From positions 111,584 to 175,583 of the forward strand of contig MCFE01000092.1 in assembly GCA_002104905.1 (NCBI GenBank): a stretch of 64,000 bases of DNA, written 5' to 3'. The stretch's first letter is position 1. The number at the start of each line of letters is the position of its first letter. The stretch comes from Basidiobolus meristosporus CBS 931.73 (lineage: Eukaryota; Fungi; Basidiobolomycota). The translations under genes were made by a program, and so were the position numbers. Shown piece by piece: positions 13,684 to 26,899 of this stretch. The notes beneath the pieces are model-generated. The model was not told the origin of the DNA. It ran no database searches and saw nothing but the letters and a program-made list of their open reading frames with translations.

Positions 13684-15571
13684 ATGGGTTTATTTAATGC
13701 AGACCGGTTTCAAGAAGCCTATGATAAAATCAAAGAAGATGCGCTAGGCTTAGACTGCTCCATACTTATCTTTGTGGCTTCGGACCCTGACGCTTTGTGT
13801 GCTTGCAAGATATTGCAAGAGCTGCTCAAGACCGATTATCTCGCACATAAGATTGTCCCAGTCAATGGATACACCGATTTGAGCTATGCCAATCAAGAAC
13901 TCATAGAAGACAATCTGAACGTAAGCCCTCCATCTCCAACCAGCATCCAGTTGTCCGCCACCACTAAAGCCTTTTTCTCAGATACGGAGTATCGTTATGC
14001 TGAATTGTGGGGGCATGGTCGATCTTACAGAGTTTCTGAACATTTCCAGCAACACCGCGGTGTATGTGTTCGACAGTCATCGCCCGCTACATCTTTCAAA
14101 TATGTTTGGGTTTAGCCCAATCGTTGTCTTTGACGACGAAGACCCCGACTCCTTACAACACGTACAAAGAGCGTTTGAGGCCCTTGAGGTAAGATAGACA
14201 TTCTCATAGCTGGACCCAAATTGCCTAGTCTCTAACCACATCAAATAGTATGCAGAGTCTGACGCAGAGGACTCCGACGCCATGGAGGATGATGATGATG
14301 ATGAAACACCCAATCGCGTAGCTCGACAGCAACGACGTGAATACAAACAGGTGATCACCGCCTATTACTCATCAGGCACTCACTACGGCCCGGCAGCAGC
14401 GCTAATGATGTACACCTTGGCAAGCGAATTGGATCGCACTACCACATCGATGCTTTGGCTATCCATAGTTGGTGTGACCTCGCAATACCTCCAGGAACAC
14501 TTGGACGTTGACAGATATGAGTCACAAACTCAAGCCTTCAAAGACGAAGTTGTTCGATTAGGAATGGCTCAATCAGACCGGTTTTTGGGGTCTGACCACT
14601 CGGATGGTGGCACAGACAAAGAGGAATATGCCATCAAATATCATGAAGAACTAAGATTTATGTTGTTCCGGCATTGGTCGTTGTACGAGAGCATGTTCCA
14701 TTCGAGCTACGTTGCAGCTAAACTGGGGATTTGGCGAGAGAAGGGCCGTCGACGGCTGCTAAACATGCTGGCCAAAATGGGGTTCTCCCTCCGGCAGTGC
14801 CAACAGCTGTACACTCACATGGATCTGAACCTCAAGCGGACGCTTCGTCAGCAGATAGAGGAAGTGGCACCAGACTACGGGCTAGTGGATCTTTGCTACG
14901 GCTCATTCATGCGTAGCTACGGGTACAAGGGGAACCTATCGGCCAGTGACATTGTATACGCAATAACGGCTCTACTGAAGTCAACCCCGGAGGTCGCTAA
15001 GCGTCTTGGAGCCGAGATGGCGTGGCACGATACAACCAACGAAGAAGCCGACCAGGATTCGCAATGGATGAGGAGCTTTTATACTGCGTACGATGCTCTA
15101 GACGACATCGAACTCGTTCAACACGGACTCAGCCTGTCCATGAAGCTTCAACAGGCGGTGGTGCGGCAGGGCACCTCGATGATTGAGCGACACGCGATCA
15201 AGACCCTGAAAACCTTTCGCTTCGCGGTCGTCAAGGACGGCCCTGATCTTACATTTTTCACACACCCGGCTACGCTTTCGCAGCTGGCCCTGTTTTTGCT
15301 CGATGCCATGCGGGAATACCGAAAAGCCGACCTGCCGTTTGTAATCGCCGCCCTCAACGAAAACCAAGGCACGTATATGGTAGTCGGGGTGTCGGGCAGC
15401 AACCAACAAGGTGACACGAGAAAAAACCATTTCGGTTTAGCTTTTCAGCACACAGCGCATCTAACGGGTGCAAGATGTCGTCATGACAGTTTTGAAACCT
15501 CGGTCATGGAGATCAAAAGCGAAGATTTGGCTGTGTTCATGGAGCACCTTCATGTCCGTATCCTACAGTAG
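13684..15571 (+). CDS. CDC45: DNA replication initiation factor CDC45; 2 introns
   Basis: IFVASDPDALCACKIL, MLNCGGMVDL, VFDSHRPLHLSN, LFRHWSLYESMFHSSY and NHFGLAF..RHDSFETSV motifs. First intron 13921-13981. Confidence 0.95.
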
Positions 15572-15726
15572 CCCTTGTCAAATAATCATTCCCCGCAATA
15601 TGTACACGATCAATGCTCTTAATAAATCATTATTGTAGAATATGAGTTTCAATGGTCAACTATTTATTACAACATGTATAATGCAAGGGAGGAATGTGGG
15701 AAATGATGCGGTCGTGGTAGGTCCGT

Positions 15727-16091
15727 TTAGGCTTCCTCGATCTTGGCAAGAATCTCGGAGTCGCGGAAAAGAAGGTACTCTTCCTTGTCGACCTTGACGG
15801 GGTTACCACCATAGGGTGGGAGGAGAACCTTGTCGCCCTCCTTAACAGACATAGGGATAAGCTTGCCATCCTTGTCAAGAGCGCCCTTGCCAGTGGCAAC
15901 AACACGGCCCTCGTTCAAGGCCTCTTGGGCCTTCTCGGGGATGAGGATACCGGAGGCGGTTCTTTGCTCGGGCTTGATTCTTTGGACCAAAATACGGTCG
16001 AGGAGGGGAACGATTTGCTTAGCACGAGAAGCCTATACGGTGTTACGGTTAGCCAGAGCCTGCTGAATACTTAGCGTGAACTATTTACCAT
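15727..16091 (-). CDS. HSP10: Mitochondrial co-chaperonin Hsp10 (GroES family), 102 aa
   Basis: Exon 1 is the ATG alone (16089-16091), then intron 16033-16088 (GTAAAT..CTAAC..TAG). Exon 2 reads ASRAKQIVPLLDRILVQR..TASGILIPEKAQ..VKEGDKVLLPPYGG..LFRDSEILAK. Confidence 0.95.
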
Positions 16092-16847
16092 GTCTGTTAC
16101 TGATCAGAGAGCAAGAAGCAGTAGAAACTGAAGTGACAAAGTTTTCCAACCATGCCATTCATATATCTATTCGAATCATGCATAGTCAATGACTGGAGAG
16201 GAATTTACTAGAAGCTCAGCGAACCAATGACCACCCCGCAAGATGAGATCCAAAGTAACCATATTACTACATATTACAAGCCTCGACACCCAATGATCCT
16301 GAGAACCTTTCAAATTCCAATCCGGATAATCTCCCCGCGAGCTGTCCTACTTCGATGGGGAAGGCCATTGGTGCGCTGGGATGTGCTTACGAAACAGATC
16401 TCAGGCGCCGGATAATTCACCACCATCTCTTACTAGGGACCCCCGAACAAGTGGCCAATCGTAAAATACTGGCTTTCCTCATGACCTTTGGTGATTGGCT
16501 TCTGGAGGCAATATGGTAAAATCCAGCAAATGCTCCGCAGCACTTGTTAAGCCACGAGATTTGCAGAGTAATATTGAACGTATTAGAAATTCTCACCAAA
16601 AAAGGTAGGGTGGGTCAGTTACTCCGCACCGAAATTCAGAACCAAATTGTTGAGTGAAACCTCCAGTCGTATTCCCAAAAAGTTCATCACTTTTCGAAAA
16701 CCTTCTCTGAGTTGACGCAGGAGTCTAAAAATTTTCTCTTGGTTTCCGAAGCGTTGGGTGGCTGCTATAATAAAATCTTTTGGTCGCGTTGTTCAACAAC
16801 CATTGCCTTCTTTCTTTCCTTTGTTCTTCTTTTGACAAATTCTCAAA
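16092..16847. promoter_or_regulatory. Putative bidirectional promoter of HSP10/HSP60
   Basis: 756 bp between divergent start codons. No clean canonical HSE array recognised. Confidence 0.55.
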
Positions 16848-18587
16848 ATGTTCCGTGGCGCAAAGACTGCTAAGACTCTCGCGAAGTCTCCTCTCGCTCG
16901 TCCCTCCTCCGCTCTTCGTTTCTATTCCTCCCACAAGGAGCTCCAATTTGGCATTGAAGGCAGAGCCTCCCTTCTCCGTGGTGTTGAAACTCTTGCCAAG
17001 GCCGTTGCCGTCACCTTGGGTCCTAAGGGTAGAAACGTCTTGATTGAGCAACCTTTCGGTAGCCCCAAGATTACCAAGGATGGTGTTACTGTCGCCAAGA
17101 GCATCACTCTTGAGAACAAGTTCGAGAACTTGGGTGCTAAGTTGGTCCAAGATGTTGCCAGCAAGACCAATGACATCGCCGGTGACGGTACCACCACCGC
17201 CACTGTTCTCACTCGTGCCATCTTCGCCGAGGGTGTCAAGAATGTTGCTGCTGGCTGCAACCCCATGGACCTTCGTCGTGGTGTCCACCTCGCTGTTGAC
17301 GCCATCGTGGACTTCTTGAAGCAAAACAAGCGTGCCATTACCACCTCCGAGGAAGTTGCCCAAGTCGGAACCATCTCTGCCAATGGTGACAGAGAAATCG
17401 GTAACTTGATTGCTCAGGCCATGGAGAGAGTTGGCAAGGAAGGTGTCATCACCTGCAAAGAAGGAAAGACCATTGAAGATGAACTTGAAATCACCGAGGG
17501 TATGCGTTTCGATCGTGGTTTCATCTCCCCTTACTTCATCACCGATACCAAGACCCAAAAGGTTGAGTTCGAGAAGCCTTTGGTTCTCCTCTCCGAGAAG
17601 AAGATCTCTGCTATCCAAGATATTCTTCCCGCCCTCGAAACCGCTGCTCAACAACGTCGTCCTCTCTTGATTGTTGCTGAGGATGTTGATGGTGAAGCTC
17701 TTGCCGCTTGTATTTTGAACAAGCTCCGCGGTCAAATCCAAGTTGCCGCTGTTAAGGCACCTGGTTTCGGTGACAACCGCAAGTCTATTCTTGGTGATCT
17801 TGCCACCCTTACCGGTGGTGCTGTCTTCACCGATGAATTGGATGTCAAACTCGAGAAGGCCACCCCTGAGCTTTTCGGTTCCTCTGGATCTATCACCATC
17901 ACCAAGGAAGATACCATTATCATGAACGGTGATGGTGCTAAGGAGGCCATTGCTCAACGTTGCGAGCAAATCCGTGCTGCCATGAGCGACTCTGGCATCT
18001 CCGAGTACGAGAAGGAGAAGCTCCAAGATCGTCTTGCTAAGCTCTCCGGTGGTGTTGCCGTCATCAAGATTGGTGGTGTTTCCGAAGTTGAGGTTGGTGA
18101 GAAGAAGGATCGCTTCGTCGATGCCCTCAACGCCACTCGTGCTGCTGTTGAGGAGGGTATTGTTCCCGGTGGTGGTACCGCTCTCCTCAAGGCCACCAAG
18201 TGTCTCGATGCCTTGAAGCCCGCCAACTTCGACCAGAAGCTTGGTATCAACATTGTCCGTCAAGCCTGCTTGCGCCCCTGCAAGACCATCGTTGAGAACG
18301 CTGGCGAAGAGGGTTCCGTTGTTGTTGGTAAGCTCTTGGAGGAGTACGGCGACAACTTCAACATGGGTTACGACGCCGCCGTCGGTGAGTTCACCGATAT
18401 GATCTCGAAGGGTATCCTTGATCCCGTCAAGGTCGTCAGAACTGCCTTGGTCGATGCCTCCGGCGTTGCCTCCTTGTTGACTACCTCTGAGTGCATGATT
18501 GTTGATGCACCCGAGAAGGACAAGCCAGCTGGCATGGGAGGTATGGGCGGCATGGGTGGTATGGGAGGAATGGGTGGTATGATGTAA
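16848..18587 (+). CDS. HSP60: Mitochondrial chaperonin Hsp60 (GroEL family)
   Basis: Intronless 579 aa with a basic presequence, [22 protein letters not shown] and a C-terminal GGM repeat. Confidence 0.98.
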   Translation: MFRGAKTAKTLAKSPLARPSSALRFYSSHKELQFGIEGRASLLRGVETLAKAVAVTLGPKGRNVLIEQPFGSPKITKDGVTVAKSITLENKFENLGAKLVQDVASKTNDIAGDGTTTATVLTRAIFAEGVKNVAAGCNPMDLRRGVHLAVDAIVDFLKQNKRAITTSEEVAQVGTISANGDREIGNLIAQAMERVGKEGVITCKEGKTIEDELEITEGMRFDRGFISPYFITDTKTQKVEFEKPLVLLSEKKISAIQDILPALETAAQQRRPLLIVAEDVDGEALAACILNKLRGQIQVAAVKAPGFGDNRKSILGDLATLTGGAVFTDELDVKLEKATPELFGSSGSITITKEDTIIMNGDGAKEAIAQRCEQIRAAMSDSGISEYEKEKLQDRLAKLSGGVAVIKIGGVSEVEVGEKKDRFVDALNATRAAVEEGIVPGGGTALLKATKCLDALKPANFDQKLGINIVRQACLRPCKTIVENAGEEGSVVVGKLLEEYGDNFNMGYDAAVGEFTDMISKGILDPVKVVRTALVDASGVASLLTTSECMIVDAPEKDKPAGMGGMGGMGGMGGMGGMM

Positions 18588-19087
18588 GTTCCATCAGCAT
18601 TCAATGAAACCTCATCTACACATTCATCCGAACAAATCATGTCCTTCCCATATTTCTTCATCATCACGGCTCAATATTCATTCCCACTATCTCTGTGTAC
18701 ACAATAATCCATTCATTTCATCGCGTCTTGACTGCAACTGAATAAAGTTCATTCATTAAAAAGTGTCGTTTCATTGATAAGGCCAAACGCGCATGCATCC
18801 TCAAATGCAGTTAGTCTTTGTTCCCCTTGGATGATGCTGATCATCGATGGAAGAGTGCATCACTGGATCACGTGTTGGTGATCTCACCAAAAATCTTCTC
18901 CCGTAGTGACGGCTTCGATACTTTCCAAAGAAAAACTTGTTTAGCTAACCAATCAAGTTAAATATAATGGAAGCCTCAAATTTCCGAATCATGATCGAAG
19001 TATTTGGGCCCCCTTTTATTGACACTCACGAGTGTTTTCAAACCAAACCTCAACTCAATCCCTCATCATTCGCGTACACCTTCTACT

Positions 19088-21185
19088 ATGTCGAAATATA
19101 TGGCGAAAGGCGCTTTGCGCTCAGTGTACGCTTCGAGGAATATGTTGCTCCCCTGCTACCCTTGTTAACACTGGTACTCTTCTAGGAAAAATATGACCCG
19201 AGGCTACTCCGAAATTCAGGCCAAGGTCCGCGAAGCTACATCTAACGATCCCTGGGGTCCATCCGGCAGCCAGATGAGTGAGATCGCTCGTGCTACTTTT
19301 GATCCGTGAGTATCGTTACAGTAATTGTGAGAGTGACCGGATGTCCCGTACAGCCTTCCTGTCAAAACCAGCACTCAACATATTCTTGCTAACATCACTT
19401 GGACTAGTCACTATTTTCAAGAAATTATGGATATGATTGACAGACGTTTAAACGACAAGGGTAAAAATTGGCGCCACGTCTTTAAGGTTTATATTTCAGT
19501 TGTGTTCGCTCCACATGTAGGCCTACTTGGCTAATTCGATTCATCTCTAGGCCTTGACCTTGCTCGATTACTGTCTTCATTCCGGCTCTCAAAATGTCGT
19601 TGCCTACGCCAAGGATAATTTCTATATTGTCAAAACGCTGAAGGAATTCCAGTTTATTGATGAGCAGGGAAAAGATCAGGGAGCTAATGGTAGAGTCTAT
19701 ATTTTTTTTGTAGTTTGGGGCGTCGTTAACCATAATCCCATGTGAATACAGTTCGCCAAAAAGCCAAAGATATCACTGCTTTGCTGGCGGACGAAAGTCG
19801 CTTGAAGGAAGAAAGAAACAACCGGTCCACAATGCAAAATCGTATGGGAAGCGGAGCACCAGGCAACGATCTATCTAGATATGGCACATATCCCCCAAGA
19901 GGATCCAGCTTTGACCCTGAGGAGTATTATCAAAACGACGAGGATCGTGAGCTACAACGCGCAATTGAAGAGAGTAAAAGATCAGCCGCTGAATATGACA
20001 AACGAGTTCACAATAAGTAAGCAGCTTTCCCAAGAGCGAGTCACCTTTGTCTCATCTTTCTGACGCACGATCTCTTGTATAGCGATGATGACATACAGAA
20101 GGCAATCGAATTGAGTAAGAAGGAGGCGAGCGAGCAAAGCGCTAAAGTTTCGGAAACCAATGAGCTTGTTTTATTGAATGATATTCCAGGAACGCCTAGT
20201 GGAGCGTATGTTTACTCTTCATTCAACTTTTCGACGATAACATGCTGAATAGCCCATGTACTCACGCATATAGAAACCTCTACCAACAACCTCAGCAATA
20301 TGATATGTATGGAAATATCATCAACCAGCCCAGCCAGAATAATAACTCCTTCGATCCGTTCGATCCTCTGCAAAGCCAAGCAGGCAGTAATGGATACAAC
20401 AACGGGTTCCAAAGTCAGCAGGCCTTTAGCTCCTCTAACAATCCCTTCGGCATGCCTCAAAACCCCAACCAATCATTTAATGCTGTTGGTTTCCAATCCC
20501 AATCATCATACACACAGAATCAAACCTCCATGTACGGAAACAACGGGTAAGCACAGCTAATTTGCTTAGCACGACCTATGGCTAATGCACTTTCACAGCT
20601 CGTCGTTTGGCACACAGTCACCAAGTATTGGATATAACCAGCAAATGCCACAACACAGCCCCAATCCTTTCCAACAACAGACAGCACCCGCCATGGGTAA
20701 TAACGATCCCTTTGGTTCATTGGGAGGCTACGGCTCAAGTGTAAGTTTAGGTCGATTTTTTGGATTCTCGTCTGGTTAATGCTAACTCGTTTTTGTAGTC
20801 GCCTTATGGTGGAATGCAACAACAACCTTCACAACCCGCCACTAATAATCTAATTGATATTGGTCCAACGGAAACAACGTCCAATGCTCATTTCGGTAGC
20901 ACCGCCAGCAAGAATCCTTTCGCGCCTTCCGGAAGTCAGACATGGGGACCCTCTTCCACAAAGCCCTCCTTAAACGATATAATGAGACAGCAACAGCAAT
21001 CCTCACCATTCATGAACCAGCAGCAACAATCCTCGCCTTTCATGAACCAGCCCAACCTGAATGGCGGTATGAGCAATGCCTACAATAATGGTTATCAACC
21101 ATATCAACAACAGCAGCAGCAGCAGCAGCACCAACAGCCATACGGGGGCGGACTTAACAACAATAACAACCCATTCGGGTTTTAA
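19088..21185 (+). CDS. ENT1: Epsin (ENTH domain, two UIMs, NPF motifs, poly-Q tail); multi-exon
   Basis: [58 protein letters not shown]. UIM-like DRELQRAIEESKR and DIQKAIELSKKE. Several NPF motifs, ending NNNPFGF*. Confidence 0.9.
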
Positions 21186-21655
21186 TGCTAACTCTGCTTA
21201 GGACATATCTTTCCACATTCACAAGAGATTTCACATCATCTTCATCCCTTCGAATTTGACCAGCTTGTTCACTATTTCTACTTCGAAATCAATTGTGTTC
21301 CCAGATATTTCCACTCTGTTCCCCTGTTTTTTGGTTTGTAAAATCGATGTACACAACAGAAAAGAACGTTTCCAAATCCACACATTCTATCTAAGTGACA
21401 TGGGCTTCTCTTCCGATTGTTTCATAATATCATTCATGAGAATTAAACTATTTTTGCACATTTCACTCTGAGGCGGTGTGGAAACATCGGCGCAGCACGG
21501 ATCATCCTGAAAATAGAGTTAGGACTAGGGTTGAATTATCATTCAATGTTGAGCGGTGGTTGACGTAATAATTTGGATAACATAATTAAGCCACAGCACG
21601 GTGTTAGGAGCTCTTTATACTTGCAAAGGGAAAGCGTGTTTTAGAAGTACGGCCA

Positions 21656-23597
21656 ATGGATCCAAAAAAGAAGCCAGTCATCCTACCCTATGTCACTGTT
21701 CAACCAGACTGGGTTGATGTCATAAAAGATGTGGGTAAAGGCGCGCCGCCCGAAGTTTTTTGGGTATCATACTATCGTGGTGGTTTGTGAAGCAGCAATC
21801 GTAATCCAAATCCTCCCCGCTCTAAACCAGTGAACCTTTCGATTTGGTAGGCGAAAAGTCCATACACGGCTCGATCAAAGTAACCTCTGCTTCGGAAGGC
21901 GTCTCCGTTGAAGCTATGGACGGGGCCACTTTCGAGCAAATCTCCGAAGTAAGAGAACGTTGTATTTTGACCAGGCGGAAGTAGACTCATTTGGGGCTTT
22001 TAGGTTTCGTTTGCAACTGGATGCGAACGTTTGGATCTTCCGAGGCTTACGGTCAAGAACCCTGTTGGTACTTACAAGCTAGAGGAGAAGCTCCCGGTAT
22101 GCCGCAGAGTCTGTTTGCACAGATGGCCTTGACCACTTATTCCCTATCTTTAAGGTTAATGCACTCGATGTTTCCCCTGGTGAAGAGCTTTATGTTGTCG
22201 GAAGTGATAACGGGTACATGGCAGTGTATGATGCCAACAATGGAGCACTTCTCGTATGTATATGCATGAACGTTCAACCAGGGCTGAAACTCAGTTTGTA
22301 AATTTGGGTTTAGAGAAAGCTTGAAGGGCACGTGGGCGACATCACAGCATGTCGATTTTTCCCCTCAGGACAAGGTACAACATAAATATGATAGTGTAGG
22401 GTTGTCAACAGCCAACTCATTGTTTGGAATCCAGTCATCCTGAGTGGAGCTACCGATTTTCGACTAAAGATTTGGTCCGTTGCGGATGGAAGTAATCCAG
22501 TCACGCTACAAGGGCATACTTCAGGTACGCTATGTCATACTCCGAGCCGCCGGCCCACCAACTAATACTTTGGCGGTTCACAGCCATTCTGGATACTGCA
22601 ATTGTTTCGAAGGGGAGAAACGTAATATGTAAGTGAAAGAAACCCCACCATCCTTTTGCAAACTGATGGTAAATATCAATATAGCTTGCTCGAAGGATGG
22701 CACAGTGAAACTCTGGGAGTGTGGTACGTCCATAGCTTACTGAAACGCCACCACATGAATGCATACTAATGGATACACGTAGGCTCCTCCTCATTGATCC
22801 GCAATCTTGCGCAGCATTCAGATCCTGTTAACCAAATTGCTCTGGACACAATACCTCCGCTATCGTTTGAGAAAAAGTCTGACCAACCCTCACTTGGTAC
22901 TCCGCTTCGGCATTGGATTTTGGACCAGCGCCCTTTATTCACCCCCTTTGCAGACTCTAGGGAAGTCGAAACCGTCGACAAACTTCTCGCGCTTGCATTA
23001 CAGAGCGGATCCGTTCGTGGTGTTGATCTGGGATCCAAAGCAGAGGTAACCTCAATTTGACTGTGTGAGCCATCCTGGTCCAGCTTGATTAAAGCGATGT
23101 ATAGATCCTCAAGGTCTTCTCACACGGCTACGCTCCAGTGAAGTCCACTGCACTTTGCTCCTCCAAGAATCTCCTGGCATTGGGAACTGCCAACGGTGTG
23201 GTCGAAATCTTTGACCTGAGAAATACAAAGTAAGCTTGACTCTCCTTGGATAAGCCTTGTACATGCGCTTATATCTCTCCAGACAACGGGCAGCGATGTT
23301 CCGTCGAAACGACGCTGGCATAGAAGCATTGGAGTTCCTGGATGATGGGGATGAACCAGGCCTGCTAGTTGGAACAGGTATGTTGCTTATTGTGGAAATT
23401 GCATGGCCCATGTGGTAACTCATCACGTGTTTGCAGCGGACGGGATGTGCTCGCAATACAATATCTCTTCCTACGATCAGATTCATGCTGTGACTGAGTA
23501 TGTTGGCTCCGATTTGGATGCGATTCGTGGGATTCGCAAGCTTCCCTCGGGACGACTCTTCACTGGAGCCCGTGATGGGTTTGTTAGAAAATACTGA
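21656..23597 (+). CDS. RPN14: WD40 proteasome assembly chaperone RPN14/PAAF1; multi-exon
   Basis: MDPKKKPVILPYVTVQPDW start. WD repeats LEGHVGDITACRFFPSG..LSGATDFRLKIWS..LQGHT..KGRNVISCSKDGTVKLWECG resemble PAAF1/Rpn14. Confidence 0.8.
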
Positions 23598-23953
23598 ATA
23601 AATATGGATTTGCTAGAATACATCCACCCGACTCTATCAGATCGAAATGCACACTTGTTTTTATCAAATCATCAGATATTTTCACTTTGGTGTGGATTTG
23701 TAATCACACTATCAGATCCTTTTGCGCCCCAATTCATTGATCATGATGGAGAGTGGAATCAACTGGGAAATTTGTATTTCCATCCAATGATTTGGTGGAG
23801 ACCCATTTTTTGATTACATATCACACACCTTGCTGCTTTAAGATCGATCCGTAGCCCAAATCAGTCACCCATTTCACACAAAGAACCCCAAGGTTAACTA
23901 TTAAATATTGCGCATTTGTCTCCATATCGTTCTTGAAAGAAGCTTTTTGTACA

Positions 23954-24922
23954 ATGCCGTTAGTTCTAAGATCGTTGCGCACACTAAGACCTAGTTTGTT
24001 GACGAGAAGTGTCCTTCGTTTACAACCAAGACCTGCTTTACCTAGCATCACAAATATATCTTCTCGTGTCGGAAGACCTTTCGCCACCTGTACCTCCAAC
24101 CAACACTCGCATGAGAGTGGAAAAAGTTGTTGGCGTTGTCACGAGGATTTGAAGAGTAGCGAAGTATTCTGCCACAACTCCACCTGCAGAACCATACAAC
24201 CTGTCCCTACCACAGTTACCTTTTTTGAAGTATTGTTAGGGTAAATATCTCCACTTTTCTCCTTGATGAAGCCAAGTTGATACTAAATGCTGATTTTACA
24301 GGCAAGAAACCTTCGACGTCAATGTTCTTGAGCTTAAGAAGAAGTATCTAAGCCTTCAGCAAAAAGTGCACCCTGATAGCTACACTCGCAAACCACAGGT
24401 AAACAACCTTTATCTCCCTAACAACCAGTTTCTTGCATCTAAACCATCCTTTTCTATAATTCAGGAGGAATTTGAATGTGCTCAAGTTCAATCTGCCTGG
24501 CTCAACAAGGCCTATCACACCCTCCGGGATCCACTTCACCGTGCACAGTACTTGGTAAGCCTTTTTAGAGTGATATGAACCGAAGCCCCTTTGAATGGTA
24601 TAATTGATTAAGATATTTTTAGCTGGAGCTACGTGGAGTACAAGTCGATGAATCAGAGTCTCTTGATGATCCAGAGCTATTAATGGAGGTTCTAGAGGCC
24701 CGTGAGGAACTAGAGGATGCACAAACCGAAGCTGAGGCAGAAAACGTTAAATTAGCTAACGATGCAAGAATGAAAGCCACTATCAAGGAGCTATCACTGA
24801 CTTTCAAGAACAATGATATAGATCAGGCAAAGGCGTTGACTACTCAGTTGCGCTACTGGGTCAATATCAAGAAGGCAGTTCAAGACTGGTCGCCTCATAA
24901 GCAGATCTCATTCAATCATTAG
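23954..24922 (+). CDS. JAC1: Mitochondrial Fe-S cluster J-domain co-chaperone HscB/Jac1
   Basis: Presequence, CWRC..CHNSTC zinc module, J-domain with HPD (LQQKVHPDSY), SAWLNKAYHTLRDPLHRAQYL and C-terminal LMEVLEARE..LRYW. Confidence 0.92.
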
Positions 24923-25650
24923 ATCAGCTTGACATCTGCCCGACCTTTTTGTATATTTTTCTCAGTACAAAGTTGTAATTAGCATAACTCTCAGCACCAC
25001 CCAGCTTCGGAAGTCTCGCACTTGCCCACTAATCCTCACTGCACACCACGAGTCGATAATAAATCCTTGAAACATGTTTTTTGGTTCTAGATTCGGAATC
25101 TCGACCACGAAAATCTGATAAATCATTGAAAAGTTTTCCTTCAAAATGGAGCCATTGGGTATTATCGGATTTCAAGAACATTCCACGATTTTCGGAGCCT
25201 CTGGTCACACAGTATAAATATATGGAGGGGGCAATGTTTGCAACTCGTACTCTAGAAATATATTGTAGGTGATTAAAGAAATCCCACTTTTCTCATCTCT
25301 ATCCTATTTCTTAGAATCGGATGTCTTAGTGCTCCTGTTTCTAAGCAACTGTGTTGATTTGCCACCTAGTCATGTCAACGTTGCCGGGAACGGACATGGG
25401 GATCCTCTTCGGAGGTGACTCAATTCCTTAATCAATTTAATCAAACAAGATAAATCACTTAGGAAATTTAAACGCATACTTCACTTGCGAAATGGGCCTG
25501 GAAAGTGTGGTTGGAAAATTTTGGCTCTATTCACGGATTTATTACCAAACTAGTAACTCAATGTTGAGGGAATATAAGACTGAATCCACCTTTTCCACAG
25601 ATAGCTAGCTGTTCGTATATACCACACACCGTTGTTCGTAGCTTTTCCCA

Positions 25651-26252
25651 ATGAACACTTTTCGTATTGTAAGTAGATGTCGCCTAAGCGGGTTGAGTGG
25701 CAGCTTTTCGAGACAGGCTGCTCGTCGTTTTGAGACCACTGGTGTCTTGAAGTCAACCGAGGGGAAAAAGGTCCCTTTGGCTATAGAACGTGAGCTCCCA
25801 GAGACCAGTTCGAAAACTGCTAGAAATATAGCTTTTGGTGCGGCTGGTTTGTCACTTTGGGTGTTTGGTACTGCCCTAGCCTTTAACCATCATAGATTAC
25901 ACACCAGTGTTGTGGATAGCACCATGTTTACCCTACGCCATGACCCCGATGTTCAAGAGACGCTGGGAAAAAATATCAAGTTCCGCGACAACTGGCCGTG
26001 GATTAGTGGTGATGTAAATCACCTCAAGGGAAGAGTCAGCGTAAGCTTTTGGATTAAGGGAGACAAAGGTATGGCGCTTCATTCACAAGTACTTCGAGGA
26101 ACACTGACTAATCATGGCTCTGATGAAACACAGGTGTAGGCCGTGCTCATTTTGCTTCGAGAAGACGTGACGACGACTGGGAAGTCCTCGAATTCTCACT
26201 CACCACCGAGAAAGGCAAACTCCCCTTGAAAGGAGAGCCTGTCTTCGAATAG
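25651..26252 (+). CDS. COA1: Cytochrome c oxidase assembly factor COA1 family; 1 intron
   Basis: RELPE, a single TM helix (AAGLSLWVFGTALAF), SVVDSTMFTLRHDPDVQETLG..WPWISGDVNHLKGRVSVSFWIKGDKG, then after the intron VGRAHFASRR..WEVLEFSL. Confidence 0.8.
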
Positions 26253-26899
26253 GCACTTTATCTCATCGAAAAAGCCGAACGCCTTCATTCAGCGCCCACT
26301 CGGTTCTTTTCTCTGTCATCTACACATTTTGATAAATACAAACTTCTACCCACCCTATCTTCCACATACCTTCCGTACTATCCCTGAAATGTATTGATTG
26401 ATTGACAAAACTCGCATCATTGCTGATGGTCTTGATGATCATCGCACTGGTTACTATCAATGGTGAATCAATGATCGAGTTGGCGGGAATGTCGATGGAA
26501 ATTGGCCAATCATAGATCCATCGACCATAGCATTGCGCTGCTCACAAAATAAGGCATTGTCGAAGATTTCAAGGCAATTTCCAAGCAAATAACAAGAGTG
26601 GACAAGCATATTTTTTTTCTCTAAAAAAAAGAAATACTTGTCTGATATCATAGAAATATTCGGGGTAACCCTGAGATTCCAATAACAACGTAAGGGCAGT
26701 AAATTTTCTGCTTGGCTTGACCTGTGGTTATTAGTAAATATTGTTTATCTATTGACCAACTTTTCATTTTTCTAATTGCCTCAGTCGTAAGTATTTTTCC
26801 GTAGCGCATTTGGACTGATGAGATGACCAGCTATTCCTCAACTGTATCATATATTTGTCGCCTAACTTACATTTCAGTGGGTTTTATTTAGAAATAAAA

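Noticed and set aside
16200-16720. Heat-shock elements in the HSP10/HSP60 promoter
   Set aside because: GAA/TTC-rich patches exist, but I could not read a clean nGAAnnTTCnnGAAn array.
16725-18263. 512-aa antisense ORF over HSP60, and similar shadows over ATP2 (396 aa), REI1 (204 aa) and the PH protein
   Set aside because: These are expected by-products of strong codon bias in the sense genes, with no independent motifs.
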